The notes under the pieces are model-generated. The model searched no databases. It was not told the origin of the DNA and saw only the letters and a program-made list of their open reading frames with translations. DNA of 64,000 nucleotides from Lingula anatina (lineage: Eukaryota > Animalia > Brachiopoda). Of this stretch, positions 39,301 to 52,740 are shown in pieces. Within the stretch, counting starts at the first letter, position 1. Every line of letters begins with the position of its first letter. Made by a program: the position numbers and the translations under genes. The stretch covers positions 30,318,001-30,382,000 of the forward strand of contig CM120642.1 of NCBI GenBank assembly GCA_051362555.1, in the 5' to 3' direction.

Positions 39301-42300
39301 AATTTTTATGTAGTTTAATGAGTGTCTAATTTCACCTCTTTAGTCCATCAAGATAATGGATGGACACAATACAAATAATATGCATTTAGAAAGCGCCATT
39401 TAATAATTGTATTGTATATAACATCCAATCAACCATAAACAATAAAACCTTCACATAACACTGAACCAAACAAATACTGGTGATATAACATCTCATCTAT
39501 TTTAAACAACAAAACTTTTACATATTACTGAATTCAGCATAAATACAAGTGTAAATAAATGTACCTTCTCTGTCAAAGAGTTCCACATCTCATTTATCTC
39601 AGCCTGGTGAGCCTTTACACTGTCTGAGACATCAGGGTGCGTTTCCACCAAGCGGCCTGCGGTCTCGTCCAACTGCTGGACTTTCTCGCCCAGTGCAGCC
39701 AGGTCACGCTCCACACCCTCATGTTTGCGCTGAAGTCTCTGCACACTGGCAAGATCACTGCCGTAATCGTCCGTGTTCAGGGCCTGGTCTTTCTCATCGA
39801 TCCATTCTTTAGTTTCATCAACATCCCTGTAAATCAAAATTTACTTGAGTTGCGGAAAGAAAGAGAGAAAGTTGCCCTGTCAGAAATGAGCAGGCATAAG
39901 TCAGGTTGCTTTTGTCCTTAGCTCAATCACAAACAATTTGTAATTTTTACAAGCAAAACTTAAATTTCTGAACCATAGGACCACAACAGGTTCCATTACC
40001 CTGCACCAGAATACAAATCTTTGTCATGTAAGTCAACTAGGTATACTATAATATGATGGTGTCCAAGTTGTTACCTATGATATCTCTGTACTTCATGTGA
40101 GCTGGCCAAGGTCTTAGCCTTGTCCTGAGCCGTGTTCTGCAACCTCTCCCATCTCCTGTTCAACTCCTCTATCTGGATCCTAATTTTAGCAGCAGCCTCG
40201 GTCTGTCCCATACGCGTGAGATTATCGGCAATTTGGTTAAGTTCGACCAGACGCTCTTCATGAGCTTTTAGATCTTTCTGGAAGTCATCAAACTTCTTCT
40301 GTTGCACCTCTACTTGTTCAAGATCAGCTTGTTCTGGAATGATTGCCTCTTCCACAACTGCATTCTCCTGATAAATTAAGAATATAAATTATGTGTCTGT
40401 TTGACAGCAAGAATGTAAGAGCTTCCATAATCCTGAGTATTTTAAATTATTGCAAGATTATTTAATAAAAATGAAACTGGTTGTACAAAATATTATAATA
40501 TTTTATTTTACTTTTAATATTTTCATTTGTTCATTTGAAAAAAACTTTCATGGGTAACAATGAAATTGCTTTGTTGAAGAAAGGAGGGATGTTGAGGGCT
40601 ACAGAAATGCATAGCAAATGCATGTAAAAAAATAATAAAATGAAAATCAGGTAAAAAACTTTGATAAAGTTCAAGCAATATCCTTTACAGACCTATTTCA
40701 ATCAAGCTTTTGTCTGATAATCTTTCAATACTCTTATGATTCAATTATGATTTCAAGCAATAGGCAAGCTGATACTTTGAAATTGTGGAAAAAATACAGT
40801 GGTAATGGTATTATGATAATATTTTCATGCAAAAACATTGTTCTTCATGATTGCTTAACACATTTTACAAATCAGTAAGTCCACGAGTTCTAAATTTCAA
40901 AGTAAAATGGGATGCCAAAGCTGTAAGACTGATGGAAATTATGATCAACTTTCAATCCAAAAGAGAGATAATCTGAGTATTATAATTTCCTGAAAACAAC
41001 ATAAGCTAAGGCAAAAGGATAATAGAGCTCACAGAAATATGTAGGGTAAGGTGTTATAATTATCTACAAGGGTTTATAAAAATATCTATACACAGGGTAC
41101 CCACTTCAAATGTGTTTGCCTACCAAAATGCAAGAAAAAAAAGTGTCATAATTTTCATATTCTTTAATTAAAAATAATTTCATCTCCTGAATTCAAAATT
41201 ATGAATTAAATTTTGAGAAACTCATTAAGAAACATGTATCCAACAAAGAAGCTTCTTCAAACTTGAAAATAAAAGTAAAATAAATATAATATAATATAAC
41301 AAAATGAACAGAAAACTTTGAAAGTGTTAAGGCCTCTTAAAAATACTACTTCACATCTCAAAATTGAGCTCACAATAGACCCAAGCAACCAAGATTTACG
41401 AGAAGTAAAACAGAAGCTCTAAGACACCAAGTGGTCAGTTTACCTTCTCAATCATCCACTGCCCCAGTTCTCCAGCCTCCCTGACCAGCTTGTAGGCCTG
41501 GCACGACTCGGACAACTTGTCACGCCTCTGCTGGGCCAGATCTATCAGGGCCTCATACCTGCAGAAAACACGGTCTTATTAGATACGAACTTGTTAATAT
41601 TAGCATAAGTGATGTTAATGTTAACTACTATAATGTATGAGGTGAAAGTATCAAACTGACACTCAAATTATGATCCAAATTTAATTGAGAATGCCCTGTA
41701 TTGGTTTTAATCTCAATATTTTTTAAAGATTACATATTCTTTCATAAAATTAACAAATAACAAATCTCTTATAAAATTAATTAACAACAAAACTTTTTAG
41801 CATATGAAATAAATATCTATTTTAAACAAAATCTGCCTTCTATTTTTCTGCCTTTATCATACTGATGGCTAAGTGGCAAAGCTAGGCAGTGTGAGAGTAT
41901 GTACACACATGTGAAATCTCTAACTTACTGATCCTCAATCTGCCTCTGCCTGATGGACACCGTGAAGTCTCTGGCCAGATTGTCCTGGCTAGCAGTCAGT
42001 GGCTGGTCAACTTTCTTTACATAGGCAGCAGGTACAAAGCCCTGGCGGTCATTCACCTCTACTTTCCACCAATCTTTATTGGAGCTATTCAGCAGTGTGA
42101 GAACGTCCCCCTTCTTCATGGAGACTTCTCTGGGGCTCTTCTCTGTGTAGTCGTACAGGGCAACCACGCACTCCTTGCCAAAGTCATCAATTACTGGGGC
42201 CTCTTGCTGGCGACATGCTTTAGCCTGGTACTGAAGGTTATCTATGTTGGTCTTGTAGGCTTCCAGATCAGCCATGAGAGCCTCGTGTTTTTTCAATAAG

Positions 42301-43997
42301 GCCTGAAAATAATGAGTTCATATCAATGTAAATTACACACACATACCCACACACACATAGTTTTTATCTTGTCTTTGTCTTCAATCTAATACCAAAACTA
42401 CTTTTGATTTAAAATTCTTTGTAAAAAAGATGCTGCAAGTTAATCTCAAAAACTCTCCTTGCAGTCTTTTTATTCATGAGTCATTTCTTACCTCTGCAGA
42501 GTCCTCATCCTTGCCGTAGTCAGTACTGCTCACAATGGGGACCTTCTCCTTCATCCAAGACTCGGCCTCATTGGCATCAGCAAAGTACTGCTGTGCCTCC
42601 AGGGAGTCCTCCAAGTCCTGCTTCCTCTGGAACGCTTTCTCCTAAAAAGGTGTATATAAAACTTTGTGTTCTTGGGATTGCAAATGGGAAAGTTATCCAA
42701 TAATCAAATTTTAAATTGTCATTGCAAACAACCATATAAGACTGTTGAGAGCATGTACAAGAGCAATGAGCATTGTATTGATTAAAGACTTCATAGTTTT
42801 GTAAAAAAGAATTCCTGAAACAGATACCAAAGAATATGAAGTTATATATTTTCATTTCTAGTTTATCACTGGACTAAAATGATACAAAGACCACTAAAAT
42901 ATAGCCTACTTTCAAGTTGTTCCACTTCTCCTGCAGTCCCGCAATTCTCTGCTGTATTTCATCAGAGGCAAAGTGGTTCTCGTTGATCATCTCCTGGCCC
43001 TGCTCACACACGCAGCCAATCCTTGGCTCATGGCCTCCCAGCTCAGCCAGCAATGCCTGGTGTTTCTTCATCAGGTTCTGTACACCTATCAGATCACGGC
43101 CTGGGACCAGAGAAAAACTACCATGTGAAAATCTCAATGCCATTGTGTTTGTTACAATTATTACTTTGTTGTTTGGATTTATATGTTATTTTATTTTGGG
43201 ATCTCTCTATAATTGTCAATGTAGGTAAATGGACACTTTCCACTTAACCACTAATAGAATGCCAGGAAACACTCAAATTCCTTATAGTAACAGTTGACAT
43301 ATATTGCCTGAAGTAACATATGGGCAGTAACAAGAATCTCCTGGTACATATTGCCATTGCCATCCGATTCAACACTGGCATAATAATTTATAAAATAAGC
43401 AAGCTAATATTAATCAACTTTATCCAACTTTGAACTCTGCCAAACAAGAATTTTTGTTGTTCAAATAAGCAATTATTTTTTTCTTCTAATGCCCTCATTT
43501 CACTGACATCCCAAACAATCATCTCTATCTCCTATAGTTGAGTTATAATTTACCTCTGTTAGTGGATGCGGCTATGGGCTCTTTCTCCCTGATCCAGTCC
43601 TCTTCATCTTCTATGTCCCTGATAAACTGCTGCAGTTGGAGAGCATCTATCAGCTTCTGCTTACGAGCATTCATTGGCTCCTGTTGAGAGAAAGGTGTGG
43701 GGACTTATTATTATTATTCCTTGGGAGAAGTTGTAAAAACTAAAATCTGCAATTTCTAATTGCATTTAAACCATGTGGAAAAAAAGGAGACTGAAAACCC
43801 TGAAACCAGGCATAACCCTGAGCACTTTCACCCACATTATTCCTACCTGTAAAGCATTGTATCTCTCCACCATGGCATCCTTCTTGGCCACAATGTTATC
43901 AGCATCAAAATGACCATTGTCCACAAACTCATCTGCCTGCTGAGAGATGCTGTCAACACGGTCCTGATGGAAGATAGGAAAAGATTGAAAATAATGT

Positions 43998-44035
<38 letters not shown>

Positions 44036-46337
44036 GAAAAAGACTTTAAATTGAAGAAATCTCTATTCCTGCAGAAGCTGAATAACAATCATAAGAATGT
44101 TTTTCATTCAATCTGACTGTTACTTTATGAGACATTATAAGCAAAAACCTCTATCAAAATAATCATTACCATTAGATACAATCAATACAACTTACCTGAT
44201 GTGCAGCAACATCTGCCTCCAAAAGGGCATGTTTCTTCTGAAGGTTTTGGACACTGGTCAAATCCTGCAAACAAGATAAAAAATTAATCTTACTTACTGG
44301 ACATTTAATGTTACAGATTTGCATTATAAACAAACACCATGGCAAATCTTGACTTGTACAAGTGTCTAGCCATATCATTATCTTTACAGCTGTCTTGCTG
44401 TTTTTCCTACTCTACTTCTTTTAGAATCTACTAATTTTTCTAAAAACCAATTTTTACAATTGGATAAATTCTTCACCAGAAAAATTCTACACCTATTGTA
44501 CCTAAGAAAAAATTTACTGGTTGAAATTTGTCAGAAATCTGAAAGAAACTAGAACTCAAATGATACTACACATTATGAGAAAATTCACCAGTAAAAATAT
44601 TCAGTTTATATATCAAGATGCTTTGCCTTTTATATAATGAAGAGATACCTGAAGAACATGCTACAAATAAGCTTTAACAAACTTGCAAGTTACAAGATCT
44701 AGATAAGATACAAATATTAAAATTAAGAATCATGGGCATGATCAGTTGTTTTGCATTATGGCACAGCACAGAAAACATGTACACATTGTAGGATGCTGAA
44801 GGAAGATTGTTATTTACACATGATTTTAAGACAAAAATGTGTGTTACAGATGTCTGACCAGGTCAACGATGTGATATGGCTTAAACTGGCAATAATTTTG
44901 GGAAAATATTCACAGTGTAAAAGACTCAATGGAGGTAAAAGGAAAGAGGATTTGTAAGACAGACTGATATTGGGAAGTAATGTGTGTATATAAATGAAAT
45001 ATCTCAATTTTTTATTTACAATTATCAAGTTTTTTTTTTTTAGGTAGAAGGGGGCAGTGGGTCTTAAAACATAGTCTGTAACTCAAGTTAACATATATAA
45101 GTTAACATATATCCAATGTAGTATAAATCTATATAAAATATATATATTGAGATGCAAATATGAGACAGCAAGCTGTGAGTACACATATCTTTATAAAAGT
45201 AATCATTCCCTATAAAGAGTCAAACAACTGTTAAAGAATCAACAAATAAAGCCTAGTAATATCATCATTTCCCTAAAATATGACACTAATTCAAAATCCA
45301 ACTTTGTGGCAATCCTCATAAAAGTGTAATAAAATACTGTCCCATGTGTACTTATACAAAATGGCTAAATAAATCAATAAAATCAAGATAGTAAGGCAGG
45401 CAATGGCTAATATCTGCAAGCCCCTTCCCCACTGAAAGCTCTGAGATGGCAGACAAAAAGCTTACAATAGTTTTAAGCAACATAATCCTGTCTGAAATTT
45501 GCAGTCATTCATTGTTATCACTGGATACTTTATATTATTATTTCATTTTTATTTTAGATTAAAATTCAATGTTTTATGTTTATTACTTTAAATTAATAAA
45601 GCTATCAATTTTCATTTCTTTTTGGTCTTATATCCACAAAAATTCTTTCAAGTTCTTTATTCAGCAATTTCGGAAACACCTGAACATATCATTTTTATAC
45701 AAACTCATTATCATTTTCATGTAACCCAAGTTTTGCATCTATAATCATTGCAACAGTACATAACATGGAACTTTGTACTAAACAAAAATACTCAATCAAC
45801 CAATGCCAAGTCCTAAAATAGTTTTCATAATTCTAAAAGAAAAGTGCTTGACCTAAATAATAAATAAATCTGCACTAAGTTCCCCCAAAGCAATCAAAAT
45901 CATAAAATATAATTATGAAATCTTCTATTTCATGTACATATTCTCCCCAATCATGATGATATGCACAAAAGCATGCAACCTATATCTGTCTAATCTTGAC
46001 ATCTTTGTTCAAGAATGACTAAAGAATGGCAAGGTACATAAGGAATTACGTCTCATGATGACAATACAAACACAATCCAGGTAAAAAGAAAAACAAGGCA
46101 CAGGAAGCATTTGATTATATTGCAGTGACAAGGAACAGGGGAGAAAGAAATTACAGCAACACTTGGACATACTGATCAGTGGTAGTTCTGCTGGATTGTA
46201 AAATATGTACATCATAAAAACCATTGTAAAGGTACAATGGGAATCTGAATTTTTTATCTTATGAAAGAGAGCTCCCTCCACCCATGAAAATTTTTCTTAC
46301 AGTCAAAATGTATGGGAAATTTTTGAATTGAAATTAC

Positions 46338-46392
<55 letters not shown>

Positions 46393-49300
46393 TTTGATCT
46401 ATATTAACATGAAAACAGGGGTCAAAATAATTACTAAATAATTTGCATTTAATTTGTAGGATTCACATTCACCCCATTTCAAAATTACCCACTGAATATG
46501 TCATTAGCAAGAGTTGCTGCATTTCTCCAGGGTTGCATATGTACTGAGCAATTGAAAGAAACTGTAAAGAGAACTCACTCCCTTGGTGATAATCTGTGGG
46601 AATGAAAGAAAGAGAAAAGAGATTAGAATCCTAGAGAATGTTATTTTGTTTAGTGTTCTTCACAGATCATTCTTTGTTTTTTTTTAATTAGTCTTTCTTG
46701 CATAATTTTTGAAGAACAAGAATAAATAACTCGGAATTTTTTAGATTTTGGTGGTGCTTTCTTTATTTATTGATTTATTTATTAAAGTGAGCTGCCTTGG
46801 AGGATGGCTGAACTCTCCACTGCTTTCCTAGTTTTAAATTTAGTTTCCAAAAAGCTACTTTTACTATACAAAGCAGAATGTAGTACGTAATAAAAGACAT
46901 TAAATGCTCTTGCTGAGGAGCTTTAGTCACCTTTGAAAAACAAAGATGCAAAAAATGAATTTCATCAAGGTGAACATTAACATGTGTGTAAATTTACTGC
47001 CACTGAGAAGAACACCTTTATATTCAATTGAAAACTTCTTTAAATAAAGAAAAAAGAGAAAGACGGAGTAGGGGACATGGGATTAAATCATACTCAACCA
47101 CATTCAAAAAACAAAATTAACAAATCTTAATTACATGTAAACTGGGATATTTTTCAAAATAAAGGTAAATATATAACATTTAGCTGGAGATTTCTTTCTT
47201 CCATAACTTAAAGCTATGTCAACAAGTAAAACTTAAACTGGATTGATGCATGAATATAAAAAAAAGTTTTACAGTCACAGTTCAAGACAAACTTAGGGTC
47301 AACAGGTGCATACCTTCCCAAAATCCTCTGACATCAGGAAGTTCTCAATCTCAGTCAGCCAGAGCTCGACATCTTCCACATTCCTGTTGTAAGCTTGCTG
47401 CTCACTAGCTTCATTCAAGCGGCCACCTTTAGTCAAAGCAATTAACACAATGTATGAAGCTTCTTCACACAGAAGTACTACTTACATTTCATCCATTTTT
47501 TTAGATGTTTGATACAATGAACTAAAAATGTTTGCTCATTTGGTTAAAGATAAACTCTTCTTCAGGTGCATATTAGAGCAACTGAATAAGCAATATTTCA
47601 GAAGAAAAAAATGAATAACCTTTCCAACTCGCTTAAATCAAATCAATCTCGTTTAATTCTGTGTGTAAATACAACTGATTTCACTAAGACCTACTCTTTT
47701 TCTCTGTCTGTTCATTCAGCTGTTGCCACAACTCCTGGATTTCCTCCAGTCTCTCTCTGGTAATGTCAGAGGCAAAGTGATTGGAGTCAATCAGGTCCTG
47801 GCCCTGTTTGTTGACAGCTTCAATACGACTTTGGTTGGCTGCAAGCTCTTGCTCAAAGTTTTGGTGTTTCTGGACTTTATTTTGCAAATTTGTGGGGTCC
47901 TGAAACAAAATATTCAGAAAAGTAAGTGATAAATTTCCAAATGGTGATGCTTTGCATTTAAAACTAACTGCTTATTTGCTTCATTTACAACTTTCATATG
48001 ACTAAATGCTAACAGTACAGAACAATGTACCTAGTAAAATAGCACATTTGACACACTAGTGCTAATGAACTTTGTACACAAAAGGAGCCAGCTCTCTGGT
48101 GTGCAGTGCAATTCCTTTAATTATATTACTTGACACTAAACGGACACTAACCAGGTGAAGAGCTGATAATCATATAAAAAATTGTTGCACACAGCATTCT
48201 TCTTAAACTGCTGAAATGGTTACACTACAGAAACCTTACCAAGTAGCTTTCATCTGATGCTGTCTTAAGTTTTTCGTTGATCCAGCTTTTGGTCTCGTCA
48301 CAGTCTCTTTCAAAGACTTGGAATCTAAGGGAATCTTCTAACATGCGGCGTCTTGCACCAGATCTCTCATACAGTGCATTTCTTCTCTGGAGGAGCTACT
48401 CAGAGGAATTAATTTGACATTTAACATTCTTTTAATCAATCCTTCACAGATTTCTGCAGTATGTTCCATCTTATCTTAATTTAGAAATTGACAATAGACA
48501 AAAAGGCTTTCAGTTAATCATTTAATATATCTTCGTTATTCAGACTTTTTTTATCTACTAAAACTAAACAAACCACTATGCCAACTTACTGCATCTCTCC
48601 TGGCTGCAACATCATCAGCAGCATAGTGCTCATTCTCAATGAGCTTGGTCGCAAATTCATCGAGAGCCTGAAATAACAGACAGGATTGATACTGAATATA
48701 ACAAAACACCCCTTGGCACTTACAGCGTGATTATTTCATGTCAGACTGGCTCATCAAAGAATTATCAAAGGATTACATGAAGTCCAATAAAGGGGATACT
48801 CACATGGATTTTTTCCTCTTGAGCTGCAAGAGATTTCTCAAAATCTTCATGTTTCTTGATAAGGGCTTCTACACTGTCCAGGGAGTCTCCAAGATCCTCG
48901 TTCTGTAAGAATGCCTGGAAACACAAATACAGTGGAAGGGGTTAAACATTAAAACCATGACCCCATCTCTTTTCAGTTTTTAAAGATCGAGCCAATACAT
49001 CCTTTCTTGACTCAGTGATAAAAAAACATTCAGAAAATGCAACATTTAGGATCTTTGTTAATTCAGAGGTTGTTAAAACTGAATCAATATAAAACATGAT
49101 ATAACGACATTTTATTCCTATTACTAGGTGATCTCACCTCCTGTTTGCTCATCCATGCATCAGCCTGCTCTGTGTCTCTGTAGAACAACTGTAAATCCAT
49201 GCACTGTTCATAAAGAATACGACGCTCTTCCCATAGTTCCAACAGAGTTGTCTTTTCATTGGCTAGCTGGACCAGCTGAGGAATACAAAGAAAAACAAGG

Positions 49301-52300
49301 CATTATTATTATTACTGGTAGAACTTCGATTGAGTATAAAAACCTGATATTCTCTTTTCACGATTGGAAAATTTTCTTTGCTGTAAAAATGCACGGGTAT
49401 CAATTTACTTAATGTGACTAATATTTGAATTCTTAACTTTTTGTATTTGATAATCACTAATGGCAATGAAACGTGATAAGTAAGTTTTCCATTACTGACT
49501 GTATGTTGCTCATTGTGTAAGTTTTCTACCTTTTCTTTGACCTCTTCAGTGGCATAGTGGTCAGATTCCAGAAGCTGTTTGCCTGCATCTGCTGTGGTCT
49601 TAAAACTGTCTTCACGAGCATCAATTTCTCCCTGTACAAGAACAGAATATATGTTAAAATAAGGTGAAATGGTCCTTTCATAATTACCAAATTAAATTAG
49701 GACTACATCCGAAACATTTTCCCTTGCAATATTTTTTTTAATTTTACATGCAATCTTTGTACTACTGACAACTATTTCTTTTCATGTCAATAAATGTACC
49801 TTGTGTTCTTGATGTCTTTCCAGAAGAGATTCTGCCCCAGCGACATCTTTGGCCAGATCATCTGCGGAGATAATAGCCATCATCTCGTGGATCCAGGAAA
49901 CCAGGTCACGGAAATCGGCCAAGAATCTCTGGAGGTGGTAGGAGTCATCCAGGCGATTTTTCCTTTCCTCGGCCTAATGGTACAATAAGTATGATAAATT
50001 TGCATAAAACATGTAATATTAAAATAGATTAACAGGACAATGTATAATAACCAGTTGAACAATTTTACACTGCAACCTACCTAAGCTTTTATCTCAGAGA
50101 GAATAAAAATTTTAACAGATCATCATTTTTGTTTATCATAGTGTTTTTGTCACTGATTTCTACACATGACACATCAAACCTTACAAAACCTGCTGTAATG
50201 AAGTCAACTTTACCTTCTCTTGAAGTCTGGCCCAGTTTTGGTTGATTTCATCTTGCTTAGTCTGCACCTCATCAGCATGGTCTGGATACTCAGCAGACAG
50301 GCGACCAGACTCAGCATTTAACTGTGTCACACGTTCTTCCAGGGCAGCCAAGTCGCGCTCAGCTCCCTCGTGTTTGCGCTGCAGTCCCTGAACGCTTGCT
50401 AGGTCCCGGCCATAGTCATCTGTGGACAGCAGGCCATCTTTCTCTGTGATCCAAGCTATGGTCTCATCAGCATCTCTGAATAAGAGAGAAAAGATAAAAA
50501 AAAGTTACATTTGCAAATTAAATGCTATGAAAATTTGTTATAAGAGATATTACTCACTCCTCTCAGCATCATCCAATGAAGGCAACATTTTAAAATCTCT
50601 CTTCTATCATTCGGCCTCTTCCAAAAAATAACTTTGGAAAAAAAATCCAATTTATGCCAGCCAAAAGCTACAAGAGTATGTCAATGTGCAGTGCCTGGTC
50701 AGAATCAATTTTGTTTAAGCCAATGGTTGATACCTGTTGAATTGCTGGATTTCATGTGCCCCAGACAGTTTCTCCTGCCTCAGGATTGCAAGTTGCTTCA
50801 GTCTCTGCCAGGCTTCATTCAGCTCCTGCAAATCAGAAAATATGATTAAATACAAAAACTGTGAAAGATTTCTGTGATTTGGGTGTAAATTGACTTTGAG
50901 AATATAATCTCATCAACATGCTGCATTACAAATCAAATCCCTTGTTTTTCAAATCCATGTACACTTCAGCTATTAAATCATTGCAATTTTACATTTCAAA
51001 ATTTTAAATTTGAATCCATCAGCTGAATCATTAAGACTGTGACTTGACTTACAATCTGTTTCTCCCTGATTTGTTCCTCTGAGGGATGTCCATCTGACAG
51101 CAGCTTCTCTGCCATACCATTGACTTCTGTCACTCTATACTCGTGGCTCTCCAAGTCCTGGAATTATCCAACAGTACATGATTGTTATTAACATGGTGGT
51201 TAGTTGAACATTAACTTAAATATACAACACGCTACCTACAGATTGTTTTAGTGATCATTCAACTTCTTATGAGTAAACATGTAAATCTAGTTTAAAGAAA
51301 TGACATGACATTCATCCATATTTTAATAACAGTGAACAACTCTTAGAGTGGAAACAAATCTCACAATAAGTATATTAATGAAATCATCATTTTAATTCTA
51401 CCTTAATTTCTTTTTCATTTAATTTCATTATTATTATTTACTTATTTTATTAATTTTTTTTTTTTTTTAGGGGGGGGGGGGGGGCAGGGGTGACAGGGGA
51501 CACACAACAGATTACTCCACCTTGCGGAATTCATCATATTTCTTCTGCAACACCTCCACATGTTCCAAGTCGTGTCCAAACTCCTCAGAGGTGACAAAGG
51601 CCTCCTTGTCTGTGATCCAAAACATCACCTCACTGCACTCTCTAAAGAACTGCACCAGGACCAGTGCCTGCTGAAGCTTTATCCCTTTGTCCTGCAGCTT
51701 GGACAGCAAAAGCTCCCAAAGTCTGTGGATCTCCTCAAGACGGGCCTGGAATGTTTGAATGGGAATTTAATTTGAGATGGTTCTGAATTTTAATCCCAAT
51801 TTATCTTTTAATATTTAGAAAAATATTATATGCCCAAATGTAAAAGCCATCATACATGTTACAAAACAGACTAGACAGAAAGACTTACAAATACCAGCTG
51901 TAAAATAATGATGAAAATACAGCTGCAAAGTGCTTACGACTAAACCAATAGTACATAACATAGGAAATTCTTTTATTAATCGGATAGTAATAATCTTAAG
52001 TAAAAATTATCATAATAGGTGCCAACAACACAACCAACAAGCAAGTCTCTAACATATGCAACAGCACATGAACAATGATATTGATCGGTAAAAAGCTTCC
52101 CAAACCTTGATAATGTCTGATGCAAAATGGTCAGCATTGATCATTTCCATTCCTCTGTTGTCCAGTTCCACAATGGCATTAGAATGGGCCTGTACCTCTG
52201 CCTCAAAGGCCTGGTGCTTCTGGATCTTGGCCTGAGAAAGAGTGGTAGTAGTAAGTTGTTAACATCATGGTATGACTATGCCACGGAAATCATTACTCAT

Positions 52301-52740
52301 GATTGTACATGGCTTTAAGCCTTAGTATACCCAGTGGTAGAAACTGTATGGTTTACAAAACTTCTTAATTCCTGAGCAACATATACTTGTTTAATAAGAA
52401 AAAATTATGCAAGATATTACATCAATGTAATCTATGAACCCATGGCACTAAAAGACATATATATATGATTTCAATATTTATAACAAACCTGCAGATTAGT
52501 AGTATCCTTCCAACTCTCATCTGAGGCAGTCTGTAGTTTTTCAAGAATCCAGCTTTCAAGCTCGTCAGCATCACGTCTAAAATACTGGAAGTTGCGGGCA
52601 TCTTCCAGCATCAAACGACGCTGATGTGTGGCATCTTTAAAGGCGGCATAGCGCCCTAAGACCTCTGCTCTTCTTTCCTGGATGTCCTCTGCAGTTTCGA
52701 GGATTTTAATCTCTCGAGGATGAACCTCGGCAGACGTCAT
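21359..52740 (-). CDS. SPTAN1: Spectrin alpha chain (non-erythroid type), ~2418 aa constitutive form
   Basis: 46 coding exons: 52740-52489, 52231-52106, 51745-51521, 51157-51053, 50825-50734, 50475-50214, 49973-49800, 49631-49530, 49275-49138, 48914-48804, 48667-48590, 48395-48240, 47899-47695, 47426-47314, 44264-44196, 43963-43847, 43680-43554, 43100-42910, 42641-42492, 42302-41929, 41558-41444, 40367-40075, 39826-39565, 39240-39076, 36549-36401, 36214-36019, 34722-34619, 34411-34164, 31967-31783, 31478-31374, 31014-30905, 30615-30517, 30255-30135, 29813-29692, 29340-29109, 28762-28603, 28288-28075, 27664-27475, 27235-27056, 26720-26608, 23798-23744, 23480-23386, 22934-22779, 22539-22393, 22060-21913, 21484-21359 (7257 nt). 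N-terminal [12 protein letters not shown], spectrin repeats, SH3 ([52 protein letters not shown]) and C-terminal EF-hands ([29 protein letters not shown]). Confidence 0.98.
24362..24472 (-). CDS. Predicted 111-nt alternative cassette exon of alpha-spectrin
   Basis: cttacag|111 nt|gtaatt; phase 2/2 like the host intron; stop-free: [36 protein letters not shown](W). Confidence 0.65.
24906..24923 (-). CDS. Predicted 18-nt microexon of alpha-spectrin (MWLLDP)
   Basis: ctgcattgctgatgaccag|GATGTGGCTTCTAGACCC|gtaaat; phase 2/2; gives ...[17 protein letters not shown]... Confidence 0.85.
33312..33352. repeat. (GA)n microsatellite
   Basis: About 20 GA units in a spectrin intron. Confidence 0.95.
33846..33863 (-). 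CDS. Predicted 18-nt microexon of alpha-spectrin (KLVEEG)
   Basis: gatattgtag|AGTTGGTGGAAGAAGGCG|gtaagt; phase 1/1; gives ...[19 protein letters not shown]... Confidence 0.75.
35620..35655 (-). CDS. Predicted microexon of alpha-spectrin with several in-frame acceptors (6/15/24/30/36 nt)
   Basis: cag TTT CAG CTT CAG GAC CTT CAG TTT ATT CAG ATG GTG|gtaagt; consensus donor; phase 0 matches the host intron (SAQ|EEK). Confidence 0.6.
37890..37901 (-). CDS. Possible 12-nt microexon of alpha-spectrin (IWAF)
   Basis: Long CT tract, ctaat branch-like motif, then gactttttccag|ATCTGGGCGTTT|gtaaag; phase 0/0; weaker donor. Confidence 0.45.
38525..38602 (-). CDS. Predicted 78-nt alternative exon of alpha-spectrin
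   Basis: catttcag|[26 protein letters not shown]|gtcagc; phase 0/0; the N-terminal part resembles the next constitutive exon ([17 protein letters not shown]). Confidence 0.65.
46339..46390. repeat. poly-A homopolymer
   Basis: About 52 consecutive A in a spectrin intron. Confidence 0.9.
46579..46593 (-). CDS. Predicted 15-nt microexon of alpha-spectrin (IITKG)
   Basis: tcttttctctttctttcattcccacag|ATTATCACCAAGGGA|gtgagt; phase 0/0; gives ...[19 protein letters not shown]... Confidence 0.78.

Noticed and set aside
41101-41119. 19-nt AG...GT segment in the intron two exons after the SH3 domain
   Set aside because: Frame-shifting with a weak donor; I found no equivalent of the vertebrate post-SH3 insert.
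47420-47435. Unusual AAG acceptor of a constitutive spectrin exon
   Set aside because: AAG acceptors are uncommon but canonical, and the frame fits.
22300-52318. Many + strand ORFs overlapping spectrin exons
   Set aside because: Antisense shadows of coding exons with no independent gene structure.
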